DNA of 64,000 bases from positions 19,576-83,575 of the forward strand of contig JBMYSZ010000015.1 of NCBI GenBank assembly GCA_049603835.1, read 5' to 3'. Position 1 is the first letter of the stretch. Each line of letters starts with the position of its first letter. Below are positions 16,618 to 26,110 of the stretch, in pieces. Under the pieces are notes generated by a model. It did not search any database, was not told where the DNA came from, and worked only from the letters and a program-made list of their open reading frames with translations. The translations under genes and the position numbers were made by a program. The stretch is from Mangrovicoccus sp. GTDB lineage: Bacteria; Pseudomonadota; Alphaproteobacteria; Rhodobacterales; Rhodobacteraceae.

Positions 16618-17793
16618 ATGGCAAAGGAAAAGTTTGAGCGTAATAAGCCGCATGTTAACATCGGCACGATCGGTCACGTTGACCATGGCAAGACGACTCT
16701 GACCGCAGCGATCACGAAATATTTCGGCGACTTCAAAGCCTATGATCAGATCGACGGCGCCCCGGAAGAAAAAGCGCGTGGCATCACCATCTCCACCGCC
16801 CATGTGGAATACGAAACCGAAAACCGCCACTACGCGCATGTGGACTGCCCCGGCCACGCTGACTATGTGAAAAACATGATCACCGGTGCGGCGCAGATGG
16901 ATGGCGGCATCCTGGTTGTGAACGCGGCTGACGGCCCAATGCCTCAGACCCGCGAGCACATCCTGCTGGCGCGTCAGGTTGGCGTTCCGGCTCTGGTTGT
17001 CTTCATGAACAAAGTTGACCAGGTTGACGACGAAGAGCTGCTGGAGCTCGTCGAAATGGAAATCCGCGAGCTGCTGGACAGCTACGAATTCCCCGGCGAC
17101 GATATTCCGATCATTGCGGGCTCTGCTCTGGCGGCGATGGAAGGCCGTGACGCGAATATCGGCGAAGAGAAAATCAAAGAGCTGATGGCAGCTGTTGATG
17201 ACTATATCCCGACCCCGGATCGTCCGAAGGATCAGCCTTTCTTGATGCCGATCGAAGACGTGTTCTCGATCTCTGGTCGCGGTACTGTTGTGACCGGTCG
17301 TGTTGAGCGTGGCGTGATCAATGTTGGCGACGAGATTGAAATCGTTGGCATTCGCGACACCACCAAAACCACCTGTACCGGTGTTGAGATGTTCCGCAAG
17401 CTGCTGGATTCTGGCGAAGCTGGCGACAATATCGGCGCGCTGCTGCGTGGTGTTGACCGCGAAGGCGTTGAGCGTGGCCAGGTTCTGTGTAAGCCGGGCT
17501 CCGTGACCCCGCACACCAAATTCAAGGCAGAAGCTTACATTCTGACCAAAGAAGAAGGTGGCCGTCACACCCCGTTCTTTGCGAATTACCGTCCGCAATT
17601 CTACTTCCGCACCACCGATGTGACCGGTTCTGTGACTTTGGAAGAAGGTACGGAAATGGTGATGCCGGGCGATAACGTTTCTTTCACCGTTGAGCTGATC
17701 GCTCCGATCGCGATGGAAGAAAAACTGCGCTTCGCGATCCGCGAAGGCGGCCGCACCGTCGGCGCAGGCGTCGTTGCGTCCATCATCGAGTAA
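16618..17793 (+). CDS. tuf: Elongation factor Tu
   Basis: 391 aa with [17 protein letters not shown] and NKVD motifs. Confidence 0.97.
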   Translation: MAKEKFERNKPHVNIGTIGHVDHGKTTLTAAITKYFGDFKAYDQIDGAPEEKARGITISTAHVEYETENRHYAHVDCPGHADYVKNMITGAAQMDGGILVVNAADGPMPQTREHILLARQVGVPALVVFMNKVDQVDDEELLELVEMEIRELLDSYEFPGDDIPIIAGSALAAMEGRDANIGEEKIKELMAAVDDYIPTPDRPKDQPFLMPIEDVFSISGRGTVVTGRVERGVINVGDEIEIVGIRDTTKTTCTGVEMFRKLLDSGEAGDNIGALLRGVDREGVERGQVLCKPGSVTPHTKFKAEAYILTKEEGGRHTPFFANYRPQFYFRTTDVTGSVTLEEGTEMVMPGDNVSFTVELIAPIAMEEKLRFAIREGGRTVGAGVVASIIE

Positions 17794-17807
17794 GTGAATT
17801 AAAGAAG

Positions 17808-17840
17808 GACGGTCTTCCAACCGGGAGGCCGTCTTTCTTT
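17808..17840 (+). terminator. Possible terminator after tuf
   Basis: Imperfect hairpin GGACGGTCTTCC...GGAGGCCGTC followed by TTTCTTT. Confidence 0.4.
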
Positions 17841-17957
17841 CGGTAGGAGCAATCTTACCATGGGCGAATTTATTTGCCCAAAACCGAGAATGTATGTGGG
17901 GTGCATAATTCTGTGCGCTCCACCTCTCGTTCTTTAAGGCCGAGAAAGGCATAACAT

Positions 17958-18266
17958 ATGCAAAGCCAGAGTATTCGCATCCGGCTCAAAGCGTTTGACT
18001 ACCGCGTGCTGGACGCCAGCACCCAGGAAATCGTCAACACCGCTAAGCGCACCGGTGCACAGGTTCGCGGGCCCATCCCGCTGCCGAACAAGATTGAAAA
18101 ATTCACGGTTCTGCGTGGTCCGCATGTCGACAAAAAGTCGCGCGACCAGTTCGAGATCCGTACCCATAAGCGTCTGCTCGACATTGTCGACCCGACCCCG
18201 CAAACCGTTGATGCTCTGATGAAGCTCGACCTTGCGGCCGGTGTCGATGTCGAGATCAAAGTTTAA
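17958..18266 (+). CDS. rpsJ: 30S ribosomal protein S10
   Basis: [19 protein letters not shown]... 102 aa. Confidence 0.95.
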   Translation: MQSQSIRIRLKAFDYRVLDASTQEIVNTAKRTGAQVRGPIPLPNKIEKFTVLRGPHVDKKSRDQFEIRTHKRLLDIVDPTPQTVDALMKLDLAAGVDVEIKV

Positions 18267-18281
18267 GGAGGGCAGATAGCT

Positions 18282-19013
18282 ATGCGCTCCGGAATTATTG
18301 CGAAGAAAGTGGGCATGACCCGCTTGTTCCTTGAAGACGGCCGTCAGGTGCCGGTAACCGTTCTGCAGCTGGATGGCTTGCAGGTGGTTGCTCAGCGTAC
18401 CCCGGAAAAAGATGGCTATACCGCTGTTCAGCTGGGTGCCGGTTCTGCGAAAGCAAAACGCACCAGCCAAGCAATGCGCGGTCATTTCGCGGTGGCCAAT
18501 GTTGCGCCGAAGCGGAAGCTGGCGGAATTCCGGGTTGACCCGGAAAACCTGATCGAAGTGGGCGCCGAAATCTCGGCGGAGCATTTCGTTGCGGGCCAGA
18601 AAGTCGATGTTAGCGGCACCTCCATCGGTAAAGGTTTTGCCGGTGCGATGAAACGCCATAACTTTGGCGGTCTGCGTGCATCGCATGGTGTGTCCATCAG
18701 CCACCGTTCCCATGGTTCGACCGGTCAGTGTCAGGACCCGGGTCGTGTTTTCAAAGGCAAGAAAATGGCCGGCCATATGGGTGCTGCCCGTGTGACCACC
18801 CAGAATCTGGAAGTGGTGAAAACCGATGCAGATCGTGGCTTGATCATGGTCAAAGGCGCGGTTCCTGGCTCCAAAGGTGGCTGGGTCACTGTTAAGGATG
18901 CAGTTAAGAAGAAACTGCCAGACGGCGTGCCTTTCCCGGCGGCGCTGAAGGCTGTTGACGCTCCTGCTGCGGCCCCTGCCGAAGAAGCTCCGGCTGAAGG
19001 AGGTGCAGAATAA
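18282..19013 (+). CDS. rplC: 50S ribosomal protein L3
   Basis: 243 aa. [16 protein letters not shown]... is a typical L3 N-terminus. Confidence 0.95.
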   Translation: MRSGIIAKKVGMTRLFLEDGRQVPVTVLQLDGLQVVAQRTPEKDGYTAVQLGAGSAKAKRTSQAMRGHFAVANVAPKRKLAEFRVDPENLIEVGAEISAEHFVAGQKVDVSGTSIGKGFAGAMKRHNFGGLRASHGVSISHRSHGSTGQCQDPGRVFKGKKMAGHMGAARVTTQNLEVVKTDADRGLIMVKGAVPGSKGGWVTVKDAVKKKLPDGVPFPAALKAVDAPAAAPAEEAPAEGGAE

Positions 19014-19633
19014 TGAAAGCTCCTGTGATCAAATTGGATGCGGGCGAAGCTGGCGACATCGATCTGAACGAAGATGTTTTCGGCCTGGAACCGCGCGCTG
19101 ATATCTTGCATCGTGTTGTCCGCTGGCAGCGGTCGCGCATGCAGGCGGGCACTCACAAAGTGAAAACCCGTCGCGAGACCAGCTATTCCACCAAAAAGAT
19201 CGTTCGTCAGAAAGGCTCTGGCGGCGCACGTCACGGTGACCGGAATGCTCCGATCTTCCGTGGTGGTGGTATCTATAAAGGCCCGACCCCGCGGAGCCAC
19301 GCCCATGACTTGCCGAAGAAATTCCGCAAGCTCGGCCTGCGTCACGCTTTGTCGGCCAAGCAGGCTGCTGGTGAGCTGATCGTGATCGAAGAGGCGGTTT
19401 TGGCGGAAGCGAAAACCAAAGCTCTGTCCACCGCGGTGAAAAACCTCGGCTGGAAGCGCGCTCTGGTCATCGATGGTGCAGAAGTAAACGCAAATTTCGC
19501 AAAAGCAGCGGCGAATATCGAAGGTCTCGATATCCTGCCGAGCCAAGGTGCGAATGTTTATGACATCCTCAAGCGTGACACTCTGGTGCTCACCAAAGCA
19601 GGTGTCGAAGCGCTGGAGGCGCGCCTGAAATGA
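19013..19633 (+). CDS. rplD: 50S ribosomal protein L4
   Basis: 206 aa. Its start overlaps the rplC stop (TAATG). Confidence 0.95.
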   Translation: MKAPVIKLDAGEAGDIDLNEDVFGLEPRADILHRVVRWQRSRMQAGTHKVKTRRETSYSTKKIVRQKGSGGARHGDRNAPIFRGGGIYKGPTPRSHAHDLPKKFRKLGLRHALSAKQAAGELIVIEEAVLAEAKTKALSTAVKNLGWKRALVIDGAEVNANFAKAAANIEGLDILPSQGANVYDILKRDTLVLTKAGVEALEARLK

Positions 19634-19926
19634 GTGCAAAACCGGAGCATTACGACGTAATCCGTAAGCCGATCATCACCGAAAAAGCGACCATGGCCTC
19701 TGAAGCCAATGCGGTTGTTTTCGAAGTAGCGATCGACGCGGCGAAACCGCAGATCAAAGAAGCTGTTGAAGAGCTCTTTGGTGTGAAGGTGAAGGCGGTC
19801 AATACCACCATCACCAAAGGTAAGGTGAAGCGTTTCCGTGGCATGCTGGGCAAGCGTAAAGACGTTAAAAAAGCCTATGTGACCCTGGAAGAAGGCAACA
19901 CGATCGACGTATCGACCGGCCTTTAA
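19630..19926 (+). CDS. rplW: 50S ribosomal protein L23
   Basis: 98 aa. Its start overlaps the rplD stop (ATGA). Confidence 0.95.
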   Translation: MSAKPEHYDVIRKPIITEKATMASEANAVVFEVAIDAAKPQIKEAVEELFGVKVKAVNTTITKGKVKRFRGMLGKRKDVKKAYVTLEEGNTIDVSTGL

Positions 19927-19937
19927 GCTTTGGCAGT

Positions 19938-19959
19938 GATGGGCAAATGCCCATCCTAC
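19938..19959. repeat. Single REP-like unit (GATGGGCAAATGCCCATCCTAC)
   Basis: Variant of the window-wide palindromic repeat, immediately 3' of rplW. Confidence 0.5.
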
Positions 19960-19970
19960 GCTTTTTGCAG

Positions 19971-19998
19971 CGCCTCCGCTTTTGCGGGGGCGTTTTGT
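19971..19998 (+). terminator. Terminator-like hairpin after rplW
   Basis: CGCCTCCGC-tttt-GCGGGGGCG followed by TTTTGTCT. Unexpected inside an S10 operon. Confidence 0.5.
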
Positions 19999-20125
19999 CT
20001 CATAAAGAGATTTCTTTGATTTTAGTGTATTCCTAATTTTGTGGAGCGTACATATTGGGGAGAAAGATCTCTAATTTGGACAAAGGGTTCTATTGAACCG
20101 AGCGCACGACGAAGGGAGGTAGACA

Positions 20126-20635
20126 ATGAACATCAATGCAGACCTCGCTGACCCCTCAGTACCAGTCTCCGATGCGTTGAACGTGGCTAATGAAATTCTG
20201 AAAATTGCAAAGCGCGAAGGTTTAGCTTTGACGCCTATGCAGTTAGTCAAGTTGACATATATCGCTCATGGATGGTCGCTTGCCATTCTCGAGCGTGATC
20301 TCTTTCAGGACCGGATTGAGGCTTGGAAATACGGTCCGGTTATTCCAGTGCTTTATCATGCTACAAAAAAATACGGTCGCGGAGTAATTCCTCTAGATTT
20401 AATAGATGAGGATACGCCGTCTCCCTTTGATGCCGATGTTACCGCATTGTTAGAAGATGTGGTGGCAAAATATGGGAACCTTAGCGGATACGCTTTGTCT
20501 AATTTAACGCACCGGGATGGAAGCCCATGGCAACAAGTGTTTAGGGAAGGTGTGATGAATATTCCCATAGGAGATGAAATTATCTCTCAGCACTATGGGG
20601 AGAAGCTCGATGCCTATAGACGTTCCACCTCCTGA
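20126..20635 (+). CDS. Panacea-domain (DUF4065 / COG3600 GepA-SocA-like) protein; putative PanA-type antitoxin or adaptor
   Basis: 169 aa. The strong SD GGGAGG lies 8 nt upstream. The segment ALNVANEILKIAKREGLALTPMQLVKLTYIAHGWSLAILERDLFQDRIEAWKYGPVIPVLYHATKKYG matches the conserved DUF4065 core (…ITNLKLQKLLYFAQGW…PLF.E.IEAW.YGPV.P.VY). Confidence 0.75.
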   Translation: MNINADLADPSVPVSDALNVANEILKIAKREGLALTPMQLVKLTYIAHGWSLAILERDLFQDRIEAWKYGPVIPVLYHATKKYGRGVIPLDLIDEDTPSPFDADVTALLEDVVAKYGNLSGYALSNLTHRDGSPWQQVFREGVMNIPIGDEIISQHYGEKLDAYRRSTS

Positions 20636-20960
20636 TGGTCCACTACCAGGACGTTGGGCGCAAGACGAAAGCGCTAGAAGAGAAAATCGCGACTGGGCGG
20701 ATGAAAGAAAATTAAGGGAAGCAAAGACATCGGCCGAGATTCTTTGGGCTAAATCCTACGGTTGGGCTATGATCGCGTTCCTAGCAGTGTTTTCGCTTCT
20801 TTTTTTGGGTAGTTTATCTGCCTGGTCACTTCATTACCTATTACCTGTCAAGTTTCATTGGTTGAGTTCTGATCAACTGTCAAAAGTTCAGTCTGTAATT
20901 TTTAGCGGAAGCCTTGGCGGTGTCGTGTCATTTGTTGCGCAAAAGCAATTGTCGAAATAG
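20610..20960 (+). CDS. Small single-pass membrane protein (toxin/effector candidate) overlapping the 3' end of the Panacea gene
   Basis: 116 aa from ATG 20610, with SD GGGGAGAAG 5 nt upstream. In-frame alternative starts lie at 20574 and 20595. It has a charged N-terminus, one hydrophobic helix (YGWAMIAFLAVFSLLFLGSLSAWSL) and a short C-terminal tail. The start overlaps the upstream stop by 26 nt. Confidence 0.55.
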   Translation: MPIDVPPPDGPLPGRWAQDESARRENRDWADERKLREAKTSAEILWAKSYGWAMIAFLAVFSLLFLGSLSAWSLHYLLPVKFHWLSSDQLSKVQSVIFSGSLGGVVSFVAQKQLSK

Positions 20961-21151
20961 CAAACCGCGTTCATAAAACTCCTAGACCCCCCTCTACCCA
21001 TCTGCTATTAGCGCCGGACCTAAACGGCCTCGGATTCGTTCCGGGGCCTTCTCTATTATAATTCGGGCACCTTCGGGGGCCTTTATTTGGGACCTGAGTC
21101 CGCGATCTCGCATCGCAAAAAAGGGCCCTCTAACAACGGAAGACAGAAACT

Positions 21152-21994
21152 ATGGCACTTAAGTCGTATAAACCGACGACGCCTGGCCAGCGTGGGCTGG
21201 TTCTGATCGACCGTTCGGAGCTTTGGAAAGGGCGCCCGGTCAAAAAACTCACTGAGGGTTTGACCAAATCGGGCGGTCGGAACAATACCGGACGGATCAC
21301 TTCTCGCCGTCGCGGCGGTGGCGCAAAACGCCTCTACCGTATCGTGGATTTCAAGCGTCGGAAATTCGATGTAGCGGCAACCGTCGAACGGATCGAATAT
21401 GACCCGAACCGGACCGCCTTTATCGCGCTGATCAAATATGACGATGGTGAGCAGGCCTATATCCTGGCACCGCAGCGTCTGGCGATTGGTGACAAAGTCA
21501 TCGCGGGCGCCAAAGCCGATATCAAGCCGGGCAATGCAATGCCGTTCTCCGGTCTGCCGATCGGGACCATCATTCACAATATCGAACTGAAGCCGGGCAA
21601 GGGCGGTCAAATCGCACGCGCTGCAGGCACTTACGCCCAGTTCGTTGGCCGTGATGGTGGCTATGCGCAGATCCGTCTGAGCTCGGGCGAGCTTCGCCTG
21701 GTCCGTCAGGAATGCATGGCAACTGTTGGCGCCGTGTCGAACCCGGATAATTCTAACCAAAACCTCGGTAAAGCTGGCCGTGTCCGTCACATGGGCAAAC
21801 GTCCGAGCGTTCGTGGTGTGGTTATGAACCCGATCGATCACCCCCATGGTGGTGGTGAAGGCCGGACTTCCGGTGGTCGTCACCCGGTTACCCCCTGGGG
21901 TAAGCCGACCAAAGGCGCGCGGACACGCGACACCAACAAAGCGTCGCAGAAGCTTATCATCCGCTCGCGTCACGCCAAGAAGAAGGGCCGCTAA
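21152..21994 (+). CDS. rplB: 50S ribosomal protein L2
   Basis: 280 aa. [17 protein letters not shown]... is a typical L2 N-terminus. Confidence 0.95.
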   Translation: MALKSYKPTTPGQRGLVLIDRSELWKGRPVKKLTEGLTKSGGRNNTGRITSRRRGGGAKRLYRIVDFKRRKFDVAATVERIEYDPNRTAFIALIKYDDGEQAYILAPQRLAIGDKVIAGAKADIKPGNAMPFSGLPIGTIIHNIELKPGKGGQIARAAGTYAQFVGRDGGYAQIRLSSGELRLVRQECMATVGAVSNPDNSNQNLGKAGRVRHMGKRPSVRGVVMNPIDHPHGGGEGRTSGGRHPVTPWGKPTKGARTRDTNKASQKLIIRSRHAKKKGR

Positions 21995-21997
21995 TCC

Positions 21998-22276
21998 ATG
22001 GCACGTTCCGTATGGAAAGGGCCTTTTGTGGACGCTTACGTCCTTAAGAAGGCTGAAAAGACCCGCGAGTCGGGCAAAAACGAAGTTATCAAGATCTGGT
22101 CGCGTCGTTCGACGATCCTACCTCAGTTTGTGGGGCTGACCTTCGGTGTTTATAACGGGCAGAAACATATCCCGGTAAATGTCTCCGAAGAGATGATTGG
22201 CCAGAAATTTGGTGAATACGCGCCGACCCGTACCTATTACGGTCACATGGCAGACAAAAAAGCGAAGCGGAAATAA
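21998..22276 (+). CDS. rpsS: 30S ribosomal protein S19
   Basis: 92 aa. [12 protein letters not shown]... is a typical S19 N-terminus. Confidence 0.95.
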   Translation: MARSVWKGPFVDAYVLKKAEKTRESGKNEVIKIWSRRSTILPQFVGLTFGVYNGQKHIPVNVSEEMIGQKFGEYAPTRTYYGHMADKKAKRK

Positions 22277-22279
22277 GAG

Positions 22280-22660
22280 ATGGGTAAAGAGAAAAATCCC
22301 CGCCGCGTCGCGGAAAATGAAGCCATGGCAAAGGTTCGTATGCTGCGCACTAGCCCGCAGAAACTGAACCTGGTTGCACAGATGATCCGCGGCAAGAAAG
22401 TTGATAAGGCTCTGGCCGATCTGACTTTCTCGTCCAAGCGTATCTCTGACGATGTCAAGAAATGCCTGCAATCGGCGATCGCCAATGCTGAGAATAACCA
22501 CAATCTGGATGTGGATGAGCTCATCGTAGCGGAAGCTTATGTTGGTAAGAACCTGACCATGAAGCGCGGTCGTCCTCGGGCGCGTGGCCGTTACGGCCGT
22601 ATCATGAAGCCGTTCTCTGAACTGACCATCAAGGTCCGCCAGGTTGAGGAGCAAGCCTAA
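22280..22660 (+). CDS. rplV: 50S ribosomal protein L22
   Basis: 126 aa. Confidence 0.93.
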   Translation: MGKEKNPRRVAENEAMAKVRMLRTSPQKLNLVAQMIRGKKVDKALADLTFSSKRISDDVKKCLQSAIANAENNHNLDVDELIVAEAYVGKNLTMKRGRPRARGRYGRIMKPFSELTIKVRQVEEQA

Positions 22661-23400
22661 TGGGTCATAAAGTCAATCCGATTGGCATGCGCCTGCAGGT
22701 GAACCGCACCTGGGACAGCCGCTGGTACGCCGACACCAAAGATTACGGTGATCTGCTGCTCGAAGACCTCGCGATCCGTGAGTTCATCGGTAAAGAATGC
22801 AAGCAGGCCGGTGTTGCCCGTGTGATCATCGAACGCCCTCACAAGAAATGCCGTGTGACTGTTCACACTGCACGTCCGGGTGTGATCATCGGCAAAAAAG
22901 GTGCTGATATCGAAGTTCTGCGCAAAAAGCTGGCGTCGATGACCGATAGCGAATTGCATCTGAACATCGTTGAAGTGCGCAAGCCTGAGCTGGATGGTCA
23001 GCTGGTGGCGGAAAGCATTGCACAGCAGCTGGAGCGCCGGGTTTCCTTCCGTCGTGCCATGAAGCGCGCTGTTCAAAATGCGATGCGCATGGGGGCTTTG
23101 GGCATTCGTGTGAATGTTGCTGGTCGTCTGGGTGGTGCGGAAATCGCGCGGACCGAATGGTATCGTGAAGGTCGCGTGCCTTTGCATACTCTGCGGGCCG
23201 ATATCGATTACGCGACAGCCGAAGCGATGACCCCTTATGGCATCATCGGCATCAAGGTCTGGATCTTCAAAGGCGAGATCATGGAGCATGATCCAGCAGC
23301 CCGCGATCGCAAATCGCAGGAATTGCAGGACGGCCCGACACCGCGTGGTGCAGGGGGTGGCGATCGCCGCCGCAACCGTGACCGCGATAACGACCGCTGA
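22660..23400 (+). CDS. rpsC: 30S ribosomal protein S3
   Basis: 246 aa. [24 protein letters not shown]... is a typical S3 N-terminus. Confidence 0.95.
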   Translation: MGHKVNPIGMRLQVNRTWDSRWYADTKDYGDLLLEDLAIREFIGKECKQAGVARVIIERPHKKCRVTVHTARPGVIIGKKGADIEVLRKKLASMTDSELHLNIVEVRKPELDGQLVAESIAQQLERRVSFRRAMKRAVQNAMRMGALGIRVNVAGRLGGAEIARTEWYREGRVPLHTLRADIDYATAEAMTPYGIIGIKVWIFKGEIMEHDPAARDRKSQELQDGPTPRGAGGGDRRRNRDRDNDR

Positions 23401-23410
23401 GGACTAGAAA

Positions 23411-23824
23411 ATGCTACAGCCAAAGCGTACAAAATTCCGCAAAATGCATAAGGGCCGGATCCATGGCGAAGCCAAGGGCGGTAACCTTTTGAACTTTGGT
23501 CACTATGGCCTGAAAGCGACCGAGCCAGAGCGTGTGACTGCACGTCAGATCGAAGCGGCTCGTCGTGCCATGACGCGTCATATGAAACGTCAGGGCCGGG
23601 TTTGGATCCGGATCTTCCCGGATCTGCCTGTGACCTCCAAGCCGGTTGAAGTCCGGATGGGTAAAGGTAAAGGCTCGGTGGATTACTGGGCTTGCAAAGT
23701 GAAACCGGGCCGGATCATGTTCGAGATCGACGGTGTTTCAGAGGGCATCGCCCGCGAAGCGCTGCGTCTGGCGGCCATGAAATTGCCGGTGAAAACCCGC
23801 GTCGTGGTTCGCGAAGACTGGTAA
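23411..23824 (+). CDS. rplP: 50S ribosomal protein L16
   Basis: 137 aa. [16 protein letters not shown]... is a typical L16 N-terminus. Confidence 0.95.
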   Translation: MLQPKRTKFRKMHKGRIHGEAKGGNLLNFGHYGLKATEPERVTARQIEAARRAMTRHMKRQGRVWIRIFPDLPVTSKPVEVRMGKGKGSVDYWACKVKPGRIMFEIDGVSEGIAREALRLAAMKLPVKTRVVVREDW

Positions 23825-23836
23825 GCCTCTGCCAAT

Positions 23837-23942
23837 GATGGGCATATTGCCCATCCTACGAAATTGACCCCCGTCGTTACTTTAGCGGCGGGGGTTTTTT
23901 AATGTCGCGGATAGTGGGAGTAGGATGGGCATTTTGCCCATC
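23837..23942. repeat. Inverted pair of REP-like units bracketing a terminator
   Basis: GATGGGCATATTGCCCATCCTAC (23837-23859) and GTAGGATGGGCATTTTGCCCATC (23920-23942). Confidence 0.6.
23868..23900 (+). terminator. Rho-independent terminator immediately after rplP
   Basis: CCCCCGTCG-ttactttag-CGGCGGGGG followed by TTTTTT. Confidence 0.7.
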
Positions 23943-23987
23943 ATTGCCGTGAGATCGCGCGGCGGTTGATGCTCACCACGAAAAGCT

Positions 23988-24455
23988 TTAGCCGAGGCAG
24001 AGTGTGGTTTTCTGCGCCTGGCAGGCGGCGATCCGGTGCGGATAAGCGGCGCGATAGTCGTCTAGCTCAAACAGTGCCAATAGCGCTTCGGGATTTGGAT
24101 AGGTGCCAATCGCCACCAAATCCCAATCTTCTTCGCCGCCGATAAAGCTAGCTCCAAATGGCGCCACGAGCAAAAACCGGCCGCCAATTTTTTCGAGGCT
24201 CGGCATGCTCACCGCTGCATAGCGCTGGAACGCGTCTTGCCCCGAAACCGCCGCTGCATCCGCAGGATCACTCCCTGCAGGATAGGCTGCGATCCCTCGC
24301 ATTTTAAAGAAATTCACTAGGGTCACCGGCTGATCTTCGGGCAAGTCTATCAGCTCTGCCCAGGCGGCTTTATTGGGTAAGCCAACGCCCTCATCCCCCC
24401 ATTTGCCTAGGATAGCCTCAATACGTGCGGCGCGGTTTTGCGATGTCGAATTCAT
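23988..24455 (-). CDS. DUF1330-domain protein
   Basis: About 156 aa from MNSTSQNRAARIEAILG. Motifs PVTLVNFFKMRG...FQRYAAVSMPSLEKIGGRFL...EDWDLVAIGTYPNPEALLALFELDDYR fit the DUF1330 profile. The ORF-track N-extension is not supported. Confidence 0.55.
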   Translation of the reverse strand: MNSTSQNRAARIEAILGKWGDEGVGLPNKAAWAELIDLPEDQPVTLVNFFKMRGIAAYPAGSDPADAAAVSGQDAFQRYAAVSMPSLEKIGGRFLLVAPFGASFIGGEEDWDLVAIGTYPNPEALLALFELDDYRAAYPHRIAACQAQKTTLCLG

Positions 24456-24580
24456 GCGTCTCGTCTCCAAAAACTTCCGCCCCTCATGAGCGGTTGCGCA
24501 ACACCTATTGGCAAAGTACATATTCACAAGTAGGCAATTATTTTTGGGGTAGTACGCTTTTTGGTACTATTGGAGGCCGC

Positions 24581-24952
24581 ATGACCCAGCAAACCCAACA
24601 AAACCAGCCCGCCATTCCGGCAACTGCGGCCGGTATGTGTCAGCTGCCATGTCCCATGCCCGATATCGTTTCCCTGGTGGGCGGCAAATGGAAACTGATC
24701 ATCCTGCAAATTTTGGTCTTTGACGGCACGCAGCGTTTCGGTGAACTCAAGCGCCGCCTTGAGGGTGTCAGCCAAACCATGCTGACCAATCAGCTCCGTG
24801 GGTTAGAGGCAGATGGGCTGGTCTTCCGCAAGGTCTATGCCGAAGTGCCGCCGCGGGTCGAATATAGCGCCACGCCCTTGGCCCAGGATATGCAGCCGGT
24901 TTTCTTCGCCTTGCGCGATTGGTGGAAACGAAACCATCCTGAGCCGAAATAA
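24581..24952 (+). CDS. HxlR-family winged-helix transcriptional regulator
   Basis: About 123 aa from ATG 24581 (SD GGAGG at 24572). CPMPDIVSLVGGKWKLIILQIL...TQRFGELKRRLEGVSQTMLTNQLRGLEADGLV matches the HxlR fold. It is divergent from the DUF1330 gene. Confidence 0.7.
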   Translation: MTQQTQQNQPAIPATAAGMCQLPCPMPDIVSLVGGKWKLIILQILVFDGTQRFGELKRRLEGVSQTMLTNQLRGLEADGLVFRKVYAEVPPRVEYSATPLAQDMQPVFFALRDWWKRNHPEPK

Positions 24953-25060
24953 ATAAAGTAAGTTTCGAATTTAGCCATTAATGCCGCATTTCTCTTCACA
25001 TTGTTGGCGTGGTAATTGTTTTGACACCCCTCCGCGCTGCAGAAGAGAGCTCTGATTTCC

Positions 25061-26059
25061 ATGACAGTTTATGCGATTAATGGCCTTGGCCGCATGGGGA
25101 AGCTGATGCTGCGCCCCTTCCTAGAGCGCGGCGGTGAGCTGGCTTTTCTCAATGATCTGAACGCCACACCGGAGATGATCGCGCATCTGCTAGAATTCGA
25201 CACGATCCATGGTCGCTGGCCTGCGGAATTCGGTTTTGATGAAAACTCGATCCAGATTGATGGCCTGAAACTGCCGCTGCTCAATGAGGCGCGGATAGAA
25301 GATCTGCCACTTGACGGCGTCGATGTGGTGATCGATTGCACCGGCGTTTTCAAATCCGAAGCCAAGCTTGCCGCTTATTTCGCCGCCGGGGTGAAGAAGG
25401 TTGTGGTCTCCGCTCCGGTCAAAGACGGCCCCACGGCGAATATCGTCTATGGCGTCAATCAGCACATTTATGATCCGGCCGAACATCAGATCATCACTGC
25501 CGCAAGCTGCACAACCAATTGCATCGCGCCAGTGGTGAAGGTTCTGCATGAAGAGATCGGTATCAAACACGGCTCGATCACGACCATCCATGACGTGACC
25601 AATACGCAAACAATCGTGGATAAGCCCGCCAAAGATCTGCGCCGGGCGCGCTCTGCGATGAATTCCTTGATCCCTACCACCACCGGTTCGGCCACGGCGA
25701 TCACCTTGATCTATCCCGAGCTGACGGGGCGTCTGAATGGCCATGCGGTCCGGGTGCCTTTGCTCAATGCCTCGCTCACCGATTGCGTTTTCGAGATGGA
25801 GCGCGAAGTAACCGTCGAAGAGCTGAATGCCCGGTTCAAAGCGGCTGCAGAGGGGCCTTTGAAAGGGATCTTAGGATATGAAGAGCGACCGCTTGTTTCG
25901 GCGGATTACGTAAATGATCCGCGTTCGGGGATCGTCGATGGATTGTCCACAATGGTGGTCAATGGCACCCAAGCCAAGATCTATGTCTGGTATGATAACG
26001 AATGGGGCTATGTGTATCGCCTGGTCGATGTGGCGATGATGGTGGGGGAGGCGCTTTAA
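25061..26059 (+). CDS. gap: Type I glyceraldehyde-3-phosphate dehydrogenase-family protein (likely a second, accessory copy)
   Basis: 332 aa with a Rossmann N-terminus (INGLGRMGK), the catalytic SCTTNC motif and the C-terminal WYDNEWGY. Confidence 0.75.
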   Translation: MTVYAINGLGRMGKLMLRPFLERGGELAFLNDLNATPEMIAHLLEFDTIHGRWPAEFGFDENSIQIDGLKLPLLNEARIEDLPLDGVDVVIDCTGVFKSEAKLAAYFAAGVKKVVVSAPVKDGPTANIVYGVNQHIYDPAEHQIITAASCTTNCIAPVVKVLHEEIGIKHGSITTIHDVTNTQTIVDKPAKDLRRARSAMNSLIPTTTGSATAITLIYPELTGRLNGHAVRVPLLNASLTDCVFEMEREVTVEELNARFKAAAEGPLKGILGYEERPLVSADYVNDPRSGIVDGLSTMVVNGTQAKIYVWYDNEWGYVYRLVDVAMMVGEAL

Positions 26060-26110
26060 GCGCCGCCGCTCGGGTTTGGGCCAGGGGCCTCTAAGGGGCT
26101 AAGGGGGGTC

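Larger units (their letters stand above)
19999..20978. other. AT-rich, roughly 1 kb foreign island inserted between rplW and rplB
   Basis: Composition drops sharply to roughly mid-40s % GC by eye, against about 60% in the flanks, with a sharp return to host composition by ~21,000. The 7-bp direct repeat TCATAAA sits at both edges (20000-20006 and 20971-20977). Confidence 0.6.
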
